Made by a program: the position numbers and the translations under genes | Notes under the pieces: generated by a model | What the model was told of the DNA's origin: nothing | Databases searched by the model: none | Seen by the model: the letters and a program-made list of their open reading frames with translations, nothing else | Shown: in pieces, positions 31,146-39,496 of the stretch | How positions within the stretch are numbered: the first letter of the stretch is position 1 | Layout: every line of letters starts with the position of its first letter | From: Octopus bimaculoides | Lineage: Eukaryota | NCBI RefSeq assembly: GCF_001194135.2 | Contig: NC_068991.1 | Span: forward strand, 31,137,687 to 31,177,182 | Reading direction: 5' to 3' | DNA length: 39,496 nt

Positions 31146-32445
31146 GTAAATAGCGGGACCTTTGAATATTTCACGGAATTAATGGTACACTTATTGGGTC
31201 ATTTCTGAAAACTTCATCCAAAAAACCTGAAGGCGTAGCCTGTGTTGTGTTTGTATCAAAAGGTAATCGCTAATTATTGAAAATTGAAGGAAATTGGAAT
31301 ATACACTTTATGCACAATTTTATAGACTTAATACACACCACTCACCCTCTTTCTCGCCCACTCTTCGCCTTACTCTCTTTTTTTCTTTCGCTCTTTGCTT
31401 TTTCCTTCAACTAATCACGTGAAAGTGTTACAGAGGGGCTAAGTAGCGGAGGGAAAAACTTATTTCAAAAAAATCTATTAGACATTTCACTCACCACTAC
31501 GTCTTCCTCTCCCTCCCCGCCCCTTCCATCGCCGTCTTAATAATAATAATCGGAAAAAATATTTGAGGCGATAAGATAGTGACAAAGTGTATACATAGTG
31601 TATACGATTATATATTATTTAATTCAGCAGGGAATATCCTGTTATAGATTACCCGACATAAATACACGGATTATATAGCAGAAGGACAGTGAGTATGCAC
31701 CAAGTATTAAGTTATAGATTGTATAACAATGACAGAGAGTACAGTGCTATAAATGAGCAGTTCTCAAAATGACAATTAAGAAACACATCCAAATATACAT
31801 TCGTGATAATTATCAAACCATCCCTCTCAATTTCATAAATGGGATGGCAAAATAAAGTTTACGTCCTTAGAATTCTTTTCATTTTTCTTTCGTAATGGTA
31901 TTGGATATATTTAAGTTTAAAACATTTTTTATTTTATTATACGCGGTAATTTGTCCTTCCCCCTTTTCAGTTCTCATATGCACACATCCATCACTAAGGT
32001 AACAGTTCCGTCTCAGCATCGAAACGGTAACAGGCCTTAACAACAAAGCTGACGAAGGTTAAACTTCCATTTGTTCTGTCTCTGTAACATGTTCTTGTCG
32101 TTTGTACCCCTTCCCAAATGTGTGTGCGTGTGTGTATGTGTGTGTGTGTGAGAGAGAGAGTGTGTGTGTGTGTGTGTATGTATACGCGCGCGCGTGTGTG
32201 TGTGTGTGTGACAACAAAGCACACTGGTTTACTGTGTTCATCAAATGTAGTGTGGCCATAATGGGGCACAACCTACAATAAAATAATATATTGTAACAAG
32301 TCCCAATAACTGACTGGCATCTATTTTATCGGCCGTCAAAATACAAAACGCAAATCGCCTTGGGTGCAGTTTGAACTACAAGCGTAACAGGACGTGAGCA
32401 GACATAAGGTATAATACGTTGCCTTTTGACATTTAAATATGAAAT

Positions 32446-33054
32446 NNNNNNNNNNNNNNNNNNNNNNNNNNNNNNNNNNNNNNNNNNNNNNNNNNNNNNN
32501 NNNNNNNNNNNNNNNNNNNNNNNNNNNNNNNNNNNNNNNNNNNNNNNNNNNNNNNNNNNNNNNNNNNNNNNNNNNNNNNNNNNNNNNNNNNNNNNNNNNN
32601 NNNNNNNNNNNNNNNNNNNNNNNNNNNNNNNNNNNNNNNNNNNNNNNNNNNNNNNNNNNNNNNNNNNNNNNNNNNNNNNNNNNNNNNNNNNNNNNNNNNN
32701 NNNNNNNNNNNNNNNNNNNNNNNNNNNNNNNNNNNNNNNNNNNNNNNNNNNNNNNNNNNNNNNNNNNNNNNNNNNNNNNNNNNNNNNNNNNNNNNNNNNN
32801 NNNNNNNNNNNNNNNNNNNNNNNNNNNNNNNNNNNNNNNNNNNNNNNNNNNNNNNNNNNNNNNNNNNNNNNNNNNNNNNNNNNNNNNNNNNNNNNNNNNN
32901 NNNNNNNNNNNNNNNNNNNNNNNNNNNNNNNNNNNNNNNNNNNNNNNNNNNNNNNNNNNNNNNNNNNNNNNNNNNNNNNNNNNNNNNNNNNNNNNNNNNN
33001 NNNNNNNNNNNNNNNNNNNNNNNNNNNNNNNNNNNNNNNNNNNNNNNNNNNNNN
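32446..33054. other. Assembly gap
   Basis: N run. Confidence 1.
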
Positions 33055-33092
<38 letters not shown>

Positions 33093-34119
33093 CGTGTGTG
33101 TGTGTATGCGTGTGTGCGAGTGTGTGATTTTTGCCTTGATACAGACTTTCTTTATACACGTTTGTGTCGGCCAAAATGATTGCCATTGGTTAAATATATA
33201 ACTGTTATATCTGATCTCTTAACCTAGCATGTATCATCTCACAAAGGCCATAAATGTGATCTAACTGCACAATTTTAATGTAAATATTTTACGTTTAGTG
33301 CCATTATTTTTCCCAGTCAACAAATTTCTACAATAATGTCAATACCATACTGTTAGCCTATAATCTACACATTCGCTGCAAAAGCCTAGTTATTGTTTTC
33401 CTTTTTAGTCTTCCTTCTTTCTACTTTTTATATTCTTTTCCTCCTTTCCTTTCTCTTCTTCCTTGTTTTTTCTCCGTAAAATGTATTGATGTGTTGCTGT
33501 GTAAAACCAGTGTGTGGAAAAACTCACACAAAGCTAGTTAAGAAGATCCTATAGAATATTTAGTGCGACTGAAACTTCGTCACTTGCATCAGGTGAAATC
33601 GAATGGCGATGAGATTCCTGGACCTAAGACACTTCACTTCCCCTGCCTAGTTGTGAGAAATTGACCATCCTTACTCTAACCTATATTGTCTGATGAGAAG
33701 CGAAGTGAAGCTTGTAGATATGTCGCAAGACATAGCATTTGGTGGTTGGTGTTGTGTTGTGCTGGAAGGTTTTAGTCAGCAGCATCTGAAGAGATTCCGC
33801 CACGAAACACAACGAAGATACACCTAAACGCCTGATCGTGACACAACTGAAACATATAGATAAGATCCCTTACTTAACAGAGTTGTTATATAAACCAAAC
33901 TGATCGTTGTAGTGAAAGACAGGCTGCTCAAGAGCAAGATATATAACCCCAGCTACCTTGTGGCTTTTTGATTCAAGAGGAAGTCGTTTTGCACTGCTGA
34001 CGACACAATAACAGCAAAAAGCAAAATCAACAGTCGAAGTTCTAACCGAAAGTATTGCTGACACAGAAATGATATTAGCACAACACTACCACCATTCCTC
34101 ACTCCTTTGGGAAAACAAG

Positions 34120-34760
34120 CATAAAACATGTTTATTCTCACATCTGTGAATATGTCGCTGGATGACCTTCGTTCACTAGATTTAGCTGTGGTAGTTATCG
34201 GTGAGATCAGAATTCCCCAGGCGAAACAACCTGGATTCCTTCTCAATAACCATACACTGTATACGCCTTTGCATCGGTCGGGATTTAGTGAAGTTGCTTG
34301 CGTTGTTTCAGACAAGTCTGGATCCGATTGAATGTGCCAACGCAGACCCGGATATATTGTATCGGATAAAGCATTAATCAAATAGAGTATTAGTCAGCGT
34401 GAATGTATAAAGTAGGATGCCCACGTTTTTAGCTAGTCGGCTCCATAAATTACAATCTAGTGATTTATGCAGTCAACCTAGATGGAGTCCTTGTTACTGG
34501 AAACTGCATATAATTCTCGCTACAAAGCCTGCGTTGACCCAGTAAGCGAACTAGTTAAGCAGGAGTTAACGAGGGATGTATTGTCAACAACTAGAGGTGA
34601 ATCACTCAGAAGAAGAGTATTAGAGAAGAACTGATTGAAATGGCGACAGAGAATGACATTTGAAAATTGATAACAGCATTGCAACCGACATGATAGTGAC
34701 AAAATAGTGCGAGGCTATTTCTTTGACGCAAAACACGTTGTTAGAGCTAAAGTATGGACG
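34120..34760 (+). pseudogene. Ancient LINE apurinic-type endonuclease remnant (RTE-like)
   Basis: LRSLDLAVVVIGEIRI...HTLY...EVACVV resembles the APE LDIxxISETR...GVAxxV region; later a NGDR-like motif. Heavily decayed. Confidence 0.4.
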
Positions 34761-35599
34761 TTTAGATCCTCAGGAACGAAAGTTGCTCAATAAGCCTAGA
34801 TGGAAGGGGTATGACGTGGCAAGAGACACAATGCGTTCTTTGATGGACAGCTCGTCTGTATTATTCAATTCCAAGCAGATATGTATTATTTTCGAGCGAC
34901 ACTGCCCTATTTTTGAAATGTTGTAATATAGTGGAGACTGCAATCTTCAACAATGTTTAATTTGATGTATGAGACTACTCATGGCAGAAGAGGCGTTGCG
35001 AAAAGCCTATAACAGCAGCTGAGTTACTTTGCTAGCAAGATGTGCTGGGTTCATATGGTATGCCCTACATATGAACTTTGTGAATACATAGTAGACATTC
35101 CAAACTGTGTTAACCGACAAAAATGACGCTAGTGATGAGGGACAGTATCAATAGGGACAACATTAGTAATTTCCAAATATAACTGTCGAATGAAAAATTT
35201 GAAATTTCGGTCAATATGCTCACGAACAAAATATTATATGTCACAAGACCTCTATGCTACACGATAAACCTTTCCGCAGTAACCTACGCATCAAATCAAT
35301 ATGTCATAGAGCGGCAGAGTAATAAAAATTGCTTTAGGGATGTTCTGAGTAGGTAAAGTTTTCTATAGGGTGGAATAGAGTGACAATGGCCACTTGAAGG
35401 TTATCGAATGCGCTTCCGATTTCAACCTCGTTTCAATGTCAAACCTCACTTATTTGACGATCAGACTAGATAGACACCTATTAGAAACCTATATCACTCA
35501 TGCTTGTTCCTTCAAGGATAACGTTTCGTCACCACTTCTATATCTTTAGGCTCTTATACCACAGTTGCGAAAGCTAGTGGGGTGGAGTTTCGGGTCCGA

Positions 35600-35740
35600 A
35601 TTGGTATATAGAAAAATCATGTGGGTATACTTGAACAACGTCACTATGATGATTTGGGCATACCAGGACAGTCTACGCCATATTGAAGGAATACAATGTG
35701 GTAGTAGAACTCTGAGACGTGGCGAGCTTGCCACTCTATG
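35600..35740 (+). pseudogene. Ancient RTE-like RT C-terminal remnant
   Basis: TACAATGTGGTAGTA...TCTGAGACGTGG gives YNVVV / SETW, compare RTE YNAVVxxxLLYGSETW with a deletion. Confidence 0.3.
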
Positions 35741-36777
35741 TCTGGAGAGTCAACTCTGTGCTGGTCAGTGACGTTGTTTCATTAAAACGGTGACCCGGTT
35801 AGGTTGCTTGTAGACCCGGTTAGGTTTTGAAGTGGACAGGAACTGGAATTAAGCTCTAAGCGGAAAGCCCACTCTCACCCAGAAACGAAACTTTTTCCAG
35901 GTTTCATGTGTGAAAGAGACGTGATCCACTGGTCAGAAGGTCTGTCTACTGCCATCACCTTCTTTGCGGAGATCTCAATATGCTGGCACTGTTGGTGCGT
36001 TGGAATTAGACCCCCATGTTCCTGAATGGTCAGCAGTTTTGGTCACTATTTACTGGAATGTTTTCCCAACTGAGCATGGCCTGGATGAATGGACTTATAT
36101 TCTCTCTAGGCCTACAAACCGATGAACACAACTGGAAGAGAGCATTTTTCATGTCACTGAGGGTAATCCATCAATTATTGATCTCCGGGTAGCCACCTTC
36201 CTATTGGGACATTTCATGTCATTCCAAACTACACTGTTGTTTCTGATGTCTGGTTTCTCAGAAATTATTCTATATAGCAGAAACAATAGTATCAAATTAT
36301 ACCTTAGCCATTTTATATAGGCACAATTAGTTATTTTTTGTTTAATCATAATTTTGTCAACAGCCATCTTTCAGTTATATTCTACGTAATTTAACAAGTT
36401 AGCTTTCTGTAAATTAACAGGTTTATTGGGTTTATTGGTAAATTATCTCATATATTGGTAAATTATCTCACATAGTTTGTGTAAAATCAAGAAAATCAAA
36501 GGGAAAATTATTTTCACGAAACAGAAAACACAGACGAAAGTGAAAGCTATTTCTTCTGCATTCGAAACAAATCACTTTACTGAGGTACTCAAACGTTGTG
36601 AGTGAATCCCATTTGAGTGAACTCTGTCTGAGGGTAAATAATCAACCAATTTTTAATATCTTTAAAATTATTAATAACATGTATTAGAAAGTGTCTATAA
36701 ATCATTTAAAATATAGAAAATAACTCTGTATTCATTATATCAAGTGCTTCTCCCTTTCACATACACACACATGTATA

Positions 36778-36779
36778 GG

Positions 36780-36851
<72 letters not shown>

Positions 36852-36940
36852 CAGACAGACACAAAGACAGACAGACACAAAGACAGACAGACACAAAGAC
36901 AGACAGACACAAAGACAGACAGACACAAAGACAGACAGAC
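36778..36940. repeat. (GATA)n followed by five copies of a 16-bp ACAGACAGACACAAAG unit
   Basis: Direct reading. Confidence 0.95.
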
Positions 36941-37141
36941 AGATATATAGATAGACAAATATATAGATAGATACGTATAGATGTACATATGAATACACAT
37001 ACGCATACACACATGTAGAGAAATATACAATACTCTCTCTTTTTCTCTGTCTTTCTTTCTCTTCTTTCTCTCTGTCTCTCTTCCACTTCCTCTATTTCCC
37101 TCACACTCTCTCGTCTCTTATATATTTGTATGTATGTGTGT

Positions 37142-37217
<76 letters not shown>

Positions 37218-38009
37218 GCACACATGCACTCATATTAAGAAACTGAGTGTATGTATGCACGTGTGCATGTGCACATGTATGTGTGTATATGTGTGAGTAC
37301 CAGTTCCATTAGATCCAAATGCCTTTATATCAACATACCCTCCTATTATCTATTTATTTTAAATAAATGTTTATCCCCTCCCACTGTTTAACGTTCAATA
37401 ACCTCCAAGCCACTCATATGAACAAAATTACATCCTCTTGGTACAGCTATATATGCCAATTTTGGCATGTAAAGAAATACTCTACAGCAGCTCTGTACAT
37501 TCATTCCTCTGTCCCGTCTCACACATGTATCAGTCTGGCCATAATTCGATCTACAAAAACCGAAAGCTCAACAATTCCTCTCACGTTTTAGATAAGAAAT
37601 GCTGGATGCAGCCCATCCCGCTTAATGTTTCTATTTTATTGAATACGTATGCGTATATGTGTGTGTACGTACATTACACACACATGCACACACATACACA
37701 GACACACACTCACACACATATATGTATATATACAAGTTAAAGTATATATATACAAATGAAGTTGACTATAGAAATTGCCTCTTGGTACTATATATATACA
37801 CACTCACACAAATACATAAGTATAGATATGTATATGTGTATATCTATATGTATATCTATATCTATATATGGATATCCTTGTTGCTTATTTTGATTTAAAT
37901 CACCTTACTTTGAAATTGTATGGACTATACCGTACAAAATTCTGGTGCCTCAACTTAAGCACCATATTCGCCTGAATCTAAATTTTTGCTATATCTATTT
38001 ATCTATCTA

Positions 38010-38043
<34 letters not shown>

Positions 38044-38496
38044 NNNNNNNNNNNNNNNNNNNNNNNNNNNNNNNNNNNNNNNNNNNNNNNNNNNNNNNNN
38101 NNNNNNNNNNNNNNNNNNNNNNNNNNNNNNNNNNNNNNNNNNNNNNNNNNNNNNNNNNNNNNNNNNNNNNNNNNNNNNNNNNNNNNNNNNNNNNNNNNNN
38201 NNNNNNNNNNNNNNNNNNNNNNNNNNNNNNNNNNNNNNNNNNNNNNNNNNNNNNNNNNNNNNNNNNNNNNNNNNNNNNNNNNNNNNNNNNNNNNNNNNNN
38301 NNNNNNNNNNNNNNNNNNNNNNNNNNNNNNNNNNNNNNNNNNNNNNNNNNNNNNNNNNNNNNNNNNNNNNNNNNNNNNNNNNNNNNNNNNNNNNNNNNNN
38401 NNNNNNNNNNNNNNNNNNNNNNNNNNNNNNNNNNNNNNNNNNNNNNNNNNNNNNNNNNNNNNNNNNNNNNNNNNNNNNNNNNNNNNNNNNNNNNNN
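38044..38496. other. Assembly gap
   Basis: N run within (TA)n. Confidence 1.
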
Positions 38497-38529
<33 letters not shown>

Positions 38530-38591
38530 TATGCATATATATATATATATGAGTCCTCCGACATTTACGCATATATATGTACATATATATA

Positions 38592-39435
38592 CTAGCTGAC
38601 GTATCCGGTAATTCCAGGGAAAGCGGGGCTTATCTCTTGGTTGCGTTCTCACAATTGTTTCGCTAATCCAATAACAACGGTTTTTGTGCATTTGCAGAGA
38701 GTACCGAACTGTCTTATACAGGATCTTGTTTTTAGGAATTCCCAATAAGTTATAAATTCCAAAAATTGTGAATTTAGTTATGTAATAACATGAAATTAGT
38801 TACCCGATAGTAAGAATTCAAATAAAGTAAACCCGAAAAGGGCTTTAATGCGTTCCCAAAATACATAGAACATAGGTGGAAATATTAATAAGGTATTTAT
38901 ACTAAAATCATGAAGCATGTTACGTAATAACAGGCTTATCAGATATGCATTCCCTGAGAATATTACCCTCAGGGACACTAGTGTTAGTATATTCGTGAAT
39001 AAGTCACTAACCTAAATTAGTGGATTTATTGTTTAGAAAAATACTATTTACTTGTAAAGGGTTGTACTGGATAAATTGCGAAAATAACTCTAACAGTTCA
39101 AATACTAAGAAAGATGCATACTAAATTTCATTTTTAACAAATAATTTAGGAAAATGAATGGGTTATTTCCCTTGGCTATATATAAGTATCCTTCCTGGGG
39201 CAAATGGGTTATTTCCTTTGGTTTTTAAAATAACATATATTAGATACATACAGGGATCCCTTCCAGGGCCCCAATTATCGATTTTTTCAACGATCTGAGT
39301 ATGTGAGAAGGTTTCCAGACATGAGTTCTACTCACGTTTCAAGTTTCATCAAAATCGATAAAACTATGTAGGAGGAGTTAGCTAACAACTCCACAAACAC
39401 ACCCTCTGACAGAATTTCCCACATATGTAGTACTT
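38592..39435 (-). mobile_element. Non-autonomous Helitron-like element
   Basis: Plus strand ATA|CTAGCTGAC followed by an imperfect hairpin TCCGGTAATTCCAGGGA (the minus-strand CTAG|T 3' end). Distal AAGTTTCATCAAAATCG...GTAGGAGGAGTT...CACAAACACAC block resembles 9760-9864. Confidence 0.5.
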
Positions 39436-39496
39436 GTATCAAAGTTATATATATGTTATAATTATATACATAATTGCAACAAGGGCTAGGCTATAT

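Noticed and set aside
31192-31215. TATTGGGTCATTTC resembling the mariner TIR at 2923-2950
   Set aside because: Only ~13 bp match, with no partner TIR or transposase sequence nearby.
33784-33810. CTGAAGA...GAAAC motif (also CTGATGA at ~33690, CTGACGA at ~32050, GAAACGTT at ~35520 minus)
   Set aside because: Helix II is at most 1 bp or helix I is absent; compatible with chance.

Overview
AT-rich, microsatellite-saturated animal DNA with six assembly gaps. The repeat content (CORE-type tRNA SINEs, mariners, R4/Dong LINEs, Helitrons) looks like an Octopus-type cephalopod genome; this is an inference, not a database hit. No intact host protein-coding gene is recognisable, and most long six-frame ORFs are translations of microsatellites or N-runs. 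Identifiable content: two R4/Dong-clade non-LTR retrotransposon remnants in (TAA)n tracts, three mariner remnants (one near full length), two Helitron derivatives, decayed RTE-like LINE pieces and several SINE families. The best finding is a small non-coding retroelement made of a tRNA-derived Pol III head, an internal (TAA)n tract and a body carrying a minimal type I hammerhead ribozyme motif. At 19221-20719 it forms an inverted-copy plus full-unit structure bounded by a 12-bp direct repeat (TATCAGTGAAGG), the integration signature of Penelope-like elements. A mirror-image copy appears to sit at the window's left end. In both copies the internal TAA tract has been hit by an R4/Dong LINE, and one of these LINEs shows a twin-priming-like 5' inversion.
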